Part shown: positions 39,191 to 50,381 of the stretch, one piece after another
Position numbering within the stretch: the stretch's first letter is position 1
How the letters are laid out: every line of letters starts with the position of its first letter
Assembly (NCBI GenBank): GCA_035221665.1
Contig: CM069161.1
Coordinates: 868,001-932,000, forward strand
Origin: Okamejei kenojei
Taxonomy: Eukaryota
DNA length: 64,000 nt
Direction: 5' to 3'
Made by a program: the position numbers and the translations under genes
Notes under the pieces: model-generated
Database searches by the model: none
What the model was told of the DNA's origin: nothing
Seen by the model: only the letters and a program-made list of their open reading frames with translations

Positions 39191-42100
39191 CATCAATTCT
39201 TGCTAACTTTTCCCATTGTCCACATAGCTAAATAAATCCTTACAAGGCTTTGTTTTTTTTCTTGCTTGCACTCATTTTTCTTCCTGTTCTTTTATCAATA
39301 CCTTGGCCCCATTTTGCCATATTCTGAAATGTTCTCAATTTGCAGGCTTAGCTTTTTTGGGCAACCTTTCCTTTGATTGTTTATCTTCTCTTAATAGCCA
39401 TGGGAGATTAATTTCTTTCTTTTCCTTAAATGGGATATATTACTTGGAAACTCTGTATTGGCACTTTGAATGTTGGCCATTGCTTGTTTGCGGTCATGCC
39501 TATCAAAGCAGTTTCCCAATCTACTAAAGGCTGCTTGAGTCAGATTTAAGTAACTGGCTTTGGTGGGAATAATGTTAAATAGTGTCAGTCAGAGTGGAAA
39601 CCGGCACAACTTCCCACACCGATCAAGATGCCCCATTTACACTAGTACCACCTGCCTGCATTTGGCTCAGATCCTTCTATACCTTTCCTGTCCAAATGTC
39701 TTAAATGTTGTGATAGTACCTGTCTGAACCACCTCCCGTGGCAGCTCTTTATAAAAATCCTATAATCTTCTGAGCACCAGTTGCTAATGGCCTCTTGACT
39801 GTCAGATCATCATCAGCCATCACCATTCAGCCCTTCAAGGCTACTCCACCATGGCTCATCTTTCACTCTCAACTCTATGATGGTAATACAACAACAGTAC
39901 ACTACTATCTATATATTGGAGGTTATGATTAGTCAAAAGCTCAACTAACCACACGTTTTGTCAGAGGCTGGTGTTGAGAGCAACACTTCACCTGACACCC
40001 CAAACCTTTTCCACCATCTGCAAAATGGTAGCTGGTCCTATCATACCGTTTAAGAGACATTTGGACAGTTTTTGGGAGGGGGGGCGAGATGGAGGATATA
40101 TCCCCCCATTGTTTGAGTTGGGGGATGGCCTGTATTATCCCCCAGTTTATAGACTCGAGCAACAACAGAAAATAATAACTGTGCCACCTTCCCCCCGGTG
40201 ATCAGTGATCGCTCAGCCCCCCCACTTTCAAAAACGTTCCACGGCCCCTGTAATGGGGCATGTTGGTTGGGATGGGCAGGTTGGGCTGAAGGGCCTGTTT
40301 CCACGCTATTTGATTCTATGGTGGCTGCAGGATGCAGTCTGCAAAATACACCGCAGTTATTCACCCACGCGTTTGTGAAGCCACTCACCAAACCTGTGAC
40401 CTCTGTCGCCAAGAAGGACAGGGCAGGAGGTGCAAGGGAACAACACTGCTGCCTTGTATATCAGTGTACCGTATATCAGTGCAGAGTATAGATATTGCGT
40501 GTACAGGAACCCTCCGTGCAACAGCATTGTGGAGACACCTCCACCACAAGACTGCAGCAGCAGGTCAGGCAGCATCATGTACAGTATATGACATGTAGGG
40601 GTGGGCACAACTCATGCTCAGGTCCTAAAAGTGAATAAGAGTGAAGTGGAGCAATAAGGGTCAGTGTGACCCACACCAGCCTCTCGATCGCTCCAGTGAG
40701 ACCACAGGACTAATGTCCAGTCAGTGCGTCAGATGGAAGGGGTCTCACCTTTCCACCGTAGCTATAGACTAGAGAGACCCTGCCCCCCATCCCACCCCTC
40801 CCTCCCAATGAGCCCGGTCCTGGTACCGGTCCCCAACCGACCCTCCCGTCCAGACCCTGGGAGCTGCAGCTGTGACCGGTCACCCACTGTCGTCAGGAGT
40901 CTGGACTGGGGAGCGGAGCCTCGGCAGGACCGGAGCATTAGTGAATCAATCCTCTCACTGCCCACTGATGACCAATCATTCGGTTGAATGGAACTTTACA
41001 GAACAGGGACAAGCCCTTTCGCCCAGCATGTCCGCACTGTGCACAAAACTAGTCTTATCCTCTATTCCCCCCCGTCCGTTCATGTGCCTGTCCAAATGCC
41101 TCTTAAATGTAGATAATTAACTAATCATTCTGATAGTGCATCCCCCATTCTAGTAATTCACCAATCTAATGCAACTCCAGCCTATCAATAAATGCAGGAG
41201 TAACTGACATTGGTTCTACGGTGTATTTTCCAAAGAAGAATTTGCTGAATAGCAATCACGTCACTGCTCGTCTAATGTTGTTCAGGCTATTTTTGCATAA
41301 ATTGGTGCAAAATTAGTCGACTTTCGCAGTATGTTTTTTCTTTGCTGTTAGTGGCTGCCATAGTTACTCTGTTCTGACCTTGCTATATGTTCCAGTGCAG
41401 CCTTTATTATCATGAAGAGATACCCTTGGCTATACCTTCCTTCTTTTACCCAGTTTAGTGAAAGATAAACAACATTGGAAGTGGAAGATTCTGCCTGAGC
41501 ATGAGCGTGGAGGTAGGTTCAAGGTCAACAGCAGAGATTGTTTGGAGTATAGTCAGTGGTAAACGGCATTGAGGGATGATCAGAGGGAATGATTGCACAT
41601 GGATCCTGTAAAGGGTAAAAGAGCAGCAAGCTGATTGGAATGAAATGTGGAGCGGTTGTTACAAGTGAACACAAGAAAGGAATTGCGTTGGGGCAAGAAT
41701 GAGCTGAATTCCGATGGTGCAGTTGCGAGGTGGTGAGGCATTGCGCTGGAAGCTGCTGAATGTGGTCTGAAGCTCGGGCCACATTCTTTCAATTTTAAAG
41801 AGGGACATTGTGTTAACGGATTGAATGCCACACTCTGCCAAGGGGCTTGCAAGATATCTTTAGACAGGTCAGGGCTAAAGTCTGTACTTGTGGCCTATAA
41901 CTGAGGTGATTCATGAACTGTTTGAAATGTATGGGTGACCTTGGAACAGCAGGTGTGAATGGGTAAAAGCCAGTCAACTGTTACAGTACATTGAGATATT
42001 TAGAAAAAGCTGAATACTCTTTCACAAGGTGCTTGCTGAAAAATAATAGGGGTAGATGATGCAAGAAGAATGTATTGGAAGGAACTGCAGATGCTGGTTT

Positions 42101-42363
42101 AAACAAGAAGAATGTGACTAGATATTCAGAATGTTGATGGATGGGCAGGAAATTGGGGGGGGGGGGGGGGTTAGAGTTAGAATATTGATTGCGTGAGTTT
42201 GATAATACACTGGATCTATTTTAAATTTGTCTTTATTCTCTGCATACAGAGATCATTTTGGATTTTAGTATTGGAAACATTCTCTCCATAATCTCCGTTA
42301 ACAGAAATGTAGGAAGTGTTGAAAAATAGCAAGCGTTAGAAAAGACCAGAAAACAGCAAGTTA

Positions 42364-42514
42364 TTGGAATGAGTTGTTAAGTGGCAGGTAATATTCGGTG
42401 TTTAATAAGTGTGGACAACTTTGGCAAAGTTTTTGACAAAACTTCAAAGTTTTCCACACACATTAAACACTGAATATTACCTGCCACTTAACAGCTCAAT
42501 CCAGCTCATTCCAA
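42364..42514. repeat. Long near-perfect inverted repeat (fold-back palindrome)
   Basis: tgttaagtggcaggtaatattcggtgtttaat pairs with attaaacactgaatattacctgccacttaaca, and pairing continues to a ~4-nt loop near 42434-42437. Confidence 0.9.
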
Positions 42515-43097
42515 CTAATGAATTAGCTGTGCAGATCTGGTTGTCCTCGCCCAGAAGATAAGAGAAGTTCGCACAAATAAATAGAAAGACAGATTGAGCA
42601 TTTCACTTCATTGTAATGGGATACAGTACAAACATAGAGAAGTTTTATTTCACTGTTGATGAAACAGATCTAGAATATGGTGTCGAATTTTAGTTTCAAG
42701 TAAGGACATAAGTGCAAGGAAATGATTGAGTTTGGAGGAAAGAGTGATAAACCAGAGTTTTTTCAACGGTGAGAAGAATTGTAAGTGCTAAATAAATGTA
42801 TGACGAGGGATTTGAGTGTTGGAGCGAAACTACAGAAAGTAAGCAATCAGGCTGAAAAAGGACATGAGAAGGAGAGGGAAGAAATGGTGCAGAGAAGATT
42901 TACGAGAATGTTGCCAGGATGCCGAGGGCTTGAGCTGTAAGGAGGTCGGGCAGGCTAGGACTTTATTCCATGGAGCGCAGGAGAATGAGTGGTGCATAAG
43001 ATCATAAGAGGAAGAGATAGTAAATACATATAGTATTTTACCCAGAGTAAGGGTAAGGTGATACATTTACTAGAAGCATAGTAGCTCCCCTCCCCCC

Positions 43098-43520
43098 CCG
43101 GTCACGAATGACCATGGGTGATGCATCCTAGTTTGCAGGTGATGCGTGGTGGGATGCAAGCCTGGGCGATGTCATATGGAGGACAGGCTGTTGCCCGTGC
43201 AGCACGCCCCCCCCCCCCCTCCACGTCGCTGTTCGATCCAAAGGAACAGCAGAACCGTTACAGTTTGGGACCAGCACCGTCGCAGGAGCTGCCAGAGCGA
43301 GGTTGTAGGCAATGAGGAATTGCCTTAGGGGCTCCGACTCCGGATTTTCTTCAGATTTACTCCAGGAGCATGACTGGATATGGCTACAAGGCATGGAGGT
43401 TTTAAATCAAAGTTTTCCCTCTCCTAGATGGACTGCCTTCCCAGGCTGATGAGCCCCATCTGCCCGAGACTCATGGTGGCGGGAACGTCTACCGTCCCGT
43501 GCAGGTCTATAGCACCAGCC
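43098..43520. mobile_element. Probable RTE-related non-autonomous element or RTE 5'UTR fragment
   Basis: CpG-retaining block containing gtttgggaccagcaccgtcgcaggagctgccagagcgagg and tttccctctcctagatggactgccttcccaggctgatgagcccc, which resemble RTE 5' regions as recalled; not database-checked. Confidence 0.45.
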
Positions 43521-44025
43521 CACCGCCCTAGCCCACCGCCCTAGCCCACCGCCCTAGCCCACCGCCCCAGCCCACCGCCCCAGCCCACCGCCCCAGCCCA
43601 CCGCCCCAGCCCACCGCCCCAGCCCACCGCCCCAGCCCACCGCCCCAGCCCACCGCCCTAGCCCACCGCCCCAGCCCACCGCCCCAGCCCACCGCCCCAG
43701 CCCACCGCCCCAGCCCACCGCCCCAGCCCACCGCCCTAGCCCACCGCCCCAGCCCACCGCCCCAGCCCACCGCCCCAGCCCACCGCCCCAGCCCACCGCC
43801 CTAGCCCACCGCCCCAGCCCACCGCCCTAGCCGACCTCCCCAGCCCACCGCCCTAGCCCACCGCCCTAGCCCACCGCCCTAGCCCACCGCCCCAGCCCAC
43901 CGCCCCAGCCCACCGCCCTAGCCCACCGCCCCACCCACCTCCCCAGCCCACCGCCCCAGCCCACCGCCCCAGCCCACCGCCCCAGCCCACCGCCCCAGCC
44001 CACCGCCCTAGCCCACCGCCCTAGC
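43517..44025 (+). repeat. 13-bp GC-rich minisatellite (AGCCCACCGCCC[C/T])n, about 39 copies
   Basis: Read directly from the sequence; two interspersed unit variants. Confidence 0.95.
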
Positions 44026-45036
44026 CGCATGGCTGATGATATTCAGGTCAAAACCCTGCACCAGAACTGTGGATGTAAAGTGGAGAGAGCGGGGGCGATG
44101 GGGTGGGGGAGATGGAGATGGGGTGGGGGAGATGGGGCAGGAGCTGGCAAGCAATAGGTGGATCAAGGTGAGAAGAGATTCATTGGCAGGGAGTTAGCTG
44201 AGGGAGGGAGTAGTGGAGATGGCACCAGACACATTGGGAAGTGATTTATTGGAGACAGTCACAATTAATGGTCATTAAGAGGAGAAACAAGTGAAGTAAG
44301 ACAAGCCAGTAAGGACAAGGACAAATCACGTTTGGGCCATTTGATAGAATTTTTTGATAAAGTAACAGAATTGTTAGGGTTGATGTGGAATGTGTAGACT
44401 TAAAGTACTTTTGATAAGATACCACGTGGTCCCAAACCCAAGCCACAATGTTGTTCGTGTGGTTTGCACGTTGTACCTGAGATGAGGTGGGTTTCTTCCA
44501 GGTGCTCAGGAAGAATGGGGGGCAAGTGAGGAAGTGCCATAGACAACCTTTCCAGCACACCCTGTCGCAAGTGCTGCATATTTAGTCTTCAATAGACAAG
44601 CTCCATTTCAACAGGGATTTGTAAATTGACCAGCTCAAGGCAACTGGACATCCAGCCAGGGGATAAATGACTGGATGTAATCTAGAGATGTGGGCTAATC
44701 CAGCAGACACATTCAAACCCCACCGCGTTATTCTGGGAACCTTCGATGAGAAGGCTGGGTGTCAGTGATGGTGCTCTGGAGTTGTACAGAAGCCATTTGT
44801 CCTCATGTAATCAGGTTTAAGTCTCATGGCTCCTACTTACTGCCTGCCCTCTGACGTAGTTTAACAAACCACTTGAAATTGCTGTTAATAGCCCAAGGCC
44901 CACATCTCCTTCCTGGGGCACAGCGAGTCTCAAATGACACTGGGAACCCAAGAGAATGAAAATCATTCTACAAATGAATCTCACCATTGACATGTTCACA
45001 CAGCCTGCACACACATTCCACTGATTTTCACGGCAT

Positions 45037-45042
45037 TTTATT
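45037..45042 (-). terminator. Probable GFAP polyadenylation signal (AATAAA); 3'UTR about 1.15 kb
   Basis: First minus-strand AATAAA I found after the stop codon, followed by a GU-rich tract (gtggaatgtgtgtgcaggctgtgtg). Confidence 0.6.
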
Positions 45043-46178
45043 GTTACATTTGCATTAGAAAAGCAATCAGACTTTTAGGCAGAGGTGATGTATATAAAGA
45101 ACAGTAACAAGGAGTTAATACGGAAAGTTGTTAGAATAATTGGAGACAAAAAAAAATTAAGGTTTCTTCCGTTGTTACAGTTAAAACAGGTGCTGCCACA
45201 TTCAGTCAGTCAATCTGAGCAGCATTCGCCGTGGTTTGTATATGGTCTATTCTGTTCCTCGTGCTGTCGCTGGAGTTGGTGACATGCAGGTGCTGTGGCA
45301 TCGTGGCTTCTTTAATCTCTCCAGTAAAAGGTAGAGATCTGGCATCCGGGAGTTTGGTGACAGCCTGCAGTTTGTGCAGCAGCAGAGGGTCTCACTGTGT
45401 GCAGGGATATTGCACACTACCTTATTCCCCATGTACAGGGCGTTTGTTGCCTCAGGCTCTATCTGAAGTTTGTAGCAATGACATTGCTGTTGTGGAGAGT
45501 ATGGGAAGGACATTAAAAAAAGAAAAACATTTGCAGATATCATTAATCCAAAATTACTGCAAGAAGTGCTGTCGATGCACAGCAGATGTTGCATCATGTT
45601 CTGCACAGACACCGTGGGCCGAAGGGCCTGCCCTTGTGCTGTACTGTACGTTCTAGGTCAGGAGAAAGCTGGGATTTCACCACATGTAATTCTTCACGTT
45701 CATCAGAACCATGAATGTCAACTACCTGAACTCTCCACAAACACTAACTAGCCTGCTGAGGATTCCCAGTATCAATGAGATGGAGCCCTTGCCCGCTTCT
45801 ACCGGTGACAGAGAGACACCGTCACCTGCCCACTTACTCGAGGAACAGAGAGATGAAGCTCCTGCTCACCTGAATAGGTGCAGAGAGTCACCATCCCATG
45901 CCATGTGCACGGGGGCCAGAGGGATCAAGGCCCTGGTTGCGTATCGGGGTGCCAGAGACACACCACCCTGACCCATATACACAGGGACCAGAGAGATGAA
46001 GGCCCTGCCCACGTACAGGAAATTGTACATGCTGACATGTCACACAATCCCAAGATTCCACTTCCTTTCTCTCCCATCCTACTACGACTGTGGCTGCAAA
46101 GATCTACTCTAGGTGTGTGAGCAAACTACAGTGGGGTTTCCACACTAATCTGTTCTTGCACAGGGCTGGAATGTTCAA

Positions 46179-46220
46179 TTATGCCACTTCCTTGCGTTCT
46201 GCGCTGGACTCATTAATTAT
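46179..46220 (-). CDS. GFAP: GFAP terminal coding exon (42 nt including stop)
   Basis: Long polypyrimidine tract and cccacag acceptor, then IINESSAERKEVA-TAA, compared with human VIKESKQEHKDVM-stop. Not in the ORF track. Confidence 0.9.
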   Translation of the reverse strand: MINESSAERKEVA

Positions 46221-46354
46221 CTGTGGGCAGAGAAAGAAAAACAAAAAGTCAGATCTAATCGTGCCGGACTAACTTGCTAAAAGCTGCCGAGGTGGTGGAT
46301 TGGGGTTGAGGGTTTCAACATGGCCTCCTGAAAACGTTTAAACCCTACAGATCG

Positions 46355-46665
46355 AATTGATTGGAAGATGCAGTCGGAAACTGACCCTTCAGCCCATCGA
46401 GTCCATGCTGAACATCGATCACCTGTTCATGCTAATTCTGTTATCCCAGCTGCACATCAATTCCCTAACAATAGGGGGCAATTTACAGACGCCAATTAAC
46501 TTACAAACCCACATGTCATTGGGGTGCGAGAGGAAACTAGACGACCTGGAGGGTACCCACATGGTCATAGGGACAACTTGCAAACTGCACACAAACAGCA
46601 TCTGAGGTCAGGATCAAACCCGGGTCTCTGGTGCTGTTAAGCTGCAACTCGACCAGTTGCACCAC
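46355..46665 (-). mobile_element. HE1-like SINE in the last GFAP intron
   Basis: V-domain and ggatcaaacccgggtctctggtgctg head in reverse complement. Confidence 0.7.
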
Positions 46666-46825
46666 CCAGGATGTAATTTAACTTTCATATAACCTCATTG
46701 TGATGCCATATAAGACAAGACAGGTACAATCTAACCAACTGATGACACTGGTGATTACCTTCGCACACAACGCCTTATCCATGCCACTTCGAGAGCCTGT
46801 CTTCTGGTTCCAGATTACTCTGGGG

Positions 46826-47012
46826 GACGACAGGCACAAAAGCTGGGGAGAAGGAATGGGTGACGTTTCGGGTTGAGTCAGAACAAGCGTCTCGACCCGA
46901 AACGTCACCCATTCCTTCTCCTCTCCAGAGATGCTGCCTGTCCCGCTGAGTTACCCCAGTATTTTTGCGCCTAGCTTCGGTTTAAACCAGCATCTGCAGT
47001 TCCTTCCTACAC
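46826..47012. mobile_element. Palindromic Penelope-derived mini-element with a 12-bp TSD
   Basis: attactctgggg at 46814-46825 and 47013-47024; gagaaggaatgggtgacgtttcgggt is inverted against acccgaaacgtcacccattccttctc. Confidence 0.8.
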
Positions 47013-47546
47013 ATTACTCTGGGGAAGGCAGCAACATTTGACTAGGTATTAAAGTCTCAGGAGCTCTCTTGGTGGTGTGCCATAGGTTCTCTGGTCAGGA
47101 TTAGGGTAGACGCTGGTATTATGCTAATATTGAACCCACAATCATCAGCAGTCAAAAATACATTATCTACAAATTCTGGTGATATTTGTACAGAACAAGT
47201 TCTTCATATTCTGGGCAGAATTTTGCAATATTTGAATTGATGAAAGGCCTTGGTTAAATATGTCAGCCAGGGCAGAATTATGCCGAGCCAAAATGAGGAT
47301 GATTTGCTGCGATTGCTCTCCTTGAGTTAATATGCTGACTCGAAGGGCCGAATGGCCTACTCCTGCACCTATTGTCTATTGTTGAATTCCTGCAGTGCCC
47401 AGCACACCAGTGAACACCAGCGGGATTGTAACATCAGGAGTGAGGCCAACGCTGGGCAGAGGTGGAGAGATGGGGGCAGCACTAGGGAGGTAGAGATTGG
47501 ATCACTGCCTTATTTAAAGCTGGTGATATTCAATATGTCTACAAAC

Positions 47547-47632
47547 CTGACCATCTCGAGTCTCCACCGTCTTTATCAGAATATTCCTTCTTGCTTGAAC
47601 ATCAGTGGTGCCTTTAGATTCCAGGCTCGTCT
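47547..47632 (-). CDS. GFAP: GFAP exon homologous to exon 8 (86 nt)
   Basis: (E)TSLESKGTTDVQARRNILIKTVETRDGQ with the tail RDG motif; ctgcag acceptor and GTTTGT donor. Confidence 0.93.
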
Positions 47633-47859
47633 CTGCAGTAGCAATTGATAAATCATTAAATCTCAGTGGACAAGCCCGGGAGCAGTAACAAGCATGCACC
47701 AAGGGTCTACCCTAGGGCAAGAGAAGGAGACAATCTGAACTTCAGAAGGATCTGTCAGAAGAGATAAGGGAGCTTTACTTCAAATCTAATCAGCGTTGTT
47801 CCTGCCTTGGGAATGTGTGATGATCCAGTGTTGTGCAGGAAAGAGGTGAGCTCTGTGAC

Positions 47860-48750
47860 CCCCAATGTCCATGCTGACCTTATTGCCTTATCTGCCTCAA
47901 CCCCACTTGCCCACATCAGGACCACATCCTTCTATGCCTTGACTATTTAAGTGTCTGTCTAAATACCTCTTAAACATTGTGACTATACCTAATTCCAGCT
48001 CCGTTATATACTCGATTATAGATCCCATTTAAAATCCTCTCTCTCACCAATGACCTCTTGTTTTTTGATAACCCTACCATGGGAAAAGTTAAGACTCCTA
48101 AATCCTATCCACACCTCCCATAATCTCAAAAACACCCACAAAGGTCACCCGCCTGTCTCCTTTGCCCCAGGGAAAACAAGCCCAGCTAACCAATCTCTAG
48201 AGCTAAAGCCCTCCTACCCAGGCAGCATCTTGGTTGAATCTCCTCTTCACTCTGTCCAGTCAATCACCACCATCTAATAATGTGCTGACCAGAATAGCAC
48301 ACTGTACTACAGGTATGTATGGCCTACCTGTGTTTCATAAAGTTGCAACATGATGTCCCTATTCTTATATTCTCTGGTGTGACCCATGAAGCAAACATGC
48401 CATCTGACTTATTCACCACTATCTACATGTGTGTTTGCTTCCAGGTAAGTATGAACCTGGACCCCAAAGTCCCTGTGTTCATTTACATTCCTCACTGCCC
48501 CACCAGTTATTGTATATATCCTACGCTGATATGACTTTCCAAAATGCATTTGTTGGGGTTAAGTTAGAACTAACAATGCTCTGCATAACATTTCATCTGA
48601 TTTATATCCTGATGTACCTTTAGACTATCTTGGTCACTATCAGCAAGACTATTAACTTTCATGTAATCTGCGAACTGACTAATCATACCTCCTGCATTCA
48701 CATTCAAGGCATTACTAGATATCATAAACAAAAGCTCCCCATCATTGAAT
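47860..48750 (-). mobile_element. Old CR1 3' fragment in GFAP intron 7
   Basis: GGMISQFADYMKV RT remnant and the reverse complement of the CR1 3' region. Confidence 0.7.
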
Positions 48751-48769
48751 GGGTCTGGACGAAGCCTTC

Positions 48770-48925
48770 GCTCAAGAAGGTAGCTAGTACCATCAAAGCC
48801 CACGCAACCCTGGTAATGCTTTCATCTCGCTGCTACCATTGGGATAAAGGTGCAGGAGCAGGAGAAATGTTACCTCAAGTTTTAAAAGCAGTGTCTTCCT
48901 ATAAATCATCACGCTCTTGAATTAC
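48770..48925 (+). mobile_element. Rex1/Babar-like LINE C-terminal remnant
   Basis: KKVASTIKAH...PGNAFISLLPLG with a frameshift, resembling the Rex1 IIKDPHHPGHxLFxLLPSGRR motif. Confidence 0.5.
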
Positions 48926-48979
48926 CCTGCATAACCCAAACCACAGCCCTCCCTCAGCACCAAACAACAGTGGACTTTA

Positions 48980-49260
48980 AAGCCCCTGTCCCACTTAGGA
49001 AACCTGAACGTAAACCTCTGGTGACCTTGCGCCCCACCCAAGGTTTCCGTGAGGTTCCTGGAGGTTTTGGTCACTCTCCCTAATGGTCGAAAGTGGTTTC
49101 CGCGTAGTCGAGGCTTCTTCTATGATCCTGCGATAATTTCAACAAAATCTAAATCGGCCTCGACTCAAAATAGGTTGCCATTTGGTCGAAGCCAGTGGAG
49201 TGGGGTCGCTATTTACTTACAGGCAGTTGACCGACCATTTTGATTGGCTCATTGGAGTTT
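48980..49260 (+). mobile_element. Truncated non-autonomous DNA transposon (PIF/Harbinger-like end)
   Basis: taa followed by agcccctgtcccact resembles a TWA target plus Harbinger-type terminal inverted repeat; the interior is CpG-rich; no matching right end was found. Confidence 0.4.
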
Positions 49261-49299
49261 TGTTAATGTGTCTGTAGAGGTGCTGCAGGAATTTCATTG

Positions 49300-49399
49300 T
49301 TCCAGTCCCAGCGTTCCATGACATTCCAGTCCCCAGCATTCCATGACATTCCAGTCCCAGTATTCCATGACATTCCAGTCCCCAGTATTCCACATGACA
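49300..49399 (+). repeat. 24-25-bp tandem repeat, 4 copies
   Basis: ttccagtccc(c)agcattccatgaca units. Confidence 0.85.
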
Positions 49400-49596
49400 A
49401 GTAAGCACACAGGACCCCTGCTGTACCTGTCCTGGGAACGTGTCATGGTTTAGTGTAAATGCAGATATACTGTGTCCAACCCATGTGTTACCTGCCCTGG
49501 GATGGAAAGCTATTCAGAACATTAGAGTGTCTCTGATATCAAATGACCGGATCCCACAGAAGCGTACGAAGACCAGCTGTTGTTTTGCATGCTTAC

Positions 49597-49640
49597 CTCG
49601 TATGTGGAGAGTGGAGAAACTCTGGACAGGCATTGAAATT
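49597..49640 (-). CDS. GFAP: GFAP exon homologous to exon 7 (44 nt)
   Basis: (R)ISMPVQSFSTLHIR(E), compared with ITIPVQTFSNLQIR in human; ttttgtttacag acceptor and GTAAGC donor. Not in the ORF track. Confidence 0.92.
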
Positions 49641-49891
49641 CTGTAAACAAAAGGAACATTGAACTGTCAGACTGAATGACTGTCACATCCGAGCTCCCTC
49701 ACACTCAGGGACACATCCTGGGGTTTGCAGGGCTGTGGTAGACGGTAGAAACATAGAAAATAGGTGCAGGAGGAGGCCATTAGGCCCTTCGAGCCAGCAC
49801 CGCCATTCATTGTGATCATGGTAGAGGCAAATATGTGACTAACCCAGGAACACGTGCAAATCCCCTCGTAAACATCTGGGAATCACACGAG

Positions 49892-50222
49892 GGCAGAGCA
49901 ATGGTAGAGTTGCTGCCTCACAGCGCCAGAGACCCGCGTTCCATCCTAACTACAGGTGTTGTCTTTGTACCTTCTCCCTGTGATCTCGTGGGTTTTCTCC
50001 GGGCGCTCCGGTTCCATCCCACACTCCAAAGACGTACAGGTGTGAAGGTGTACAGGTGTGTAGGTGTACAGGTGTGTAGGTGTACAGGTGTGTATGTGTA
50101 CAGGTGTGTAGGTTAATTGTCTTCGGTAAAATTGTAAATTGTCCCTAGTGTGTAGAATAGTGTTAGTGCAAGGGGTGATCGCTGGTCGGCACCAAAGGGC
50201 CTGTTTCCACTGTATGTCTAAA
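49892..50222 (+). mobile_element. HE1-like SINE with an internal (AGGTGTAC/AGGTGTGT)n expansion
   Basis: tRNA-like head and V-domain, with an 8-bp-unit expansion at about 50034-50112. Confidence 0.8.
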
Positions 50223-50381
50223 GTTGAAATCTGTCCTGCCTTTCAACATGATCATTGCTAATCTATGCTGGTCTCACCTCCAATTCTATGCCAGTTTTCC
50301 AGGTAATGACAGGCAGAAGGATTAGAGGGAAGAGATATGCATTACTGGTAGAATGGGAATTGTAGAAATCCGCAGCCTTAC

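Noticed and set aside
43528-43796. Repetitive ORFs (GWGGGLGRWAGAV)n
   Set aside because: Translation of the 13-bp minisatellite.
45180-45325. EIKEATMPQH... as the GFAP last exon
   Set aside because: Poor acceptor; the exon at 46179-46220 matches in length, sequence and splice signal.
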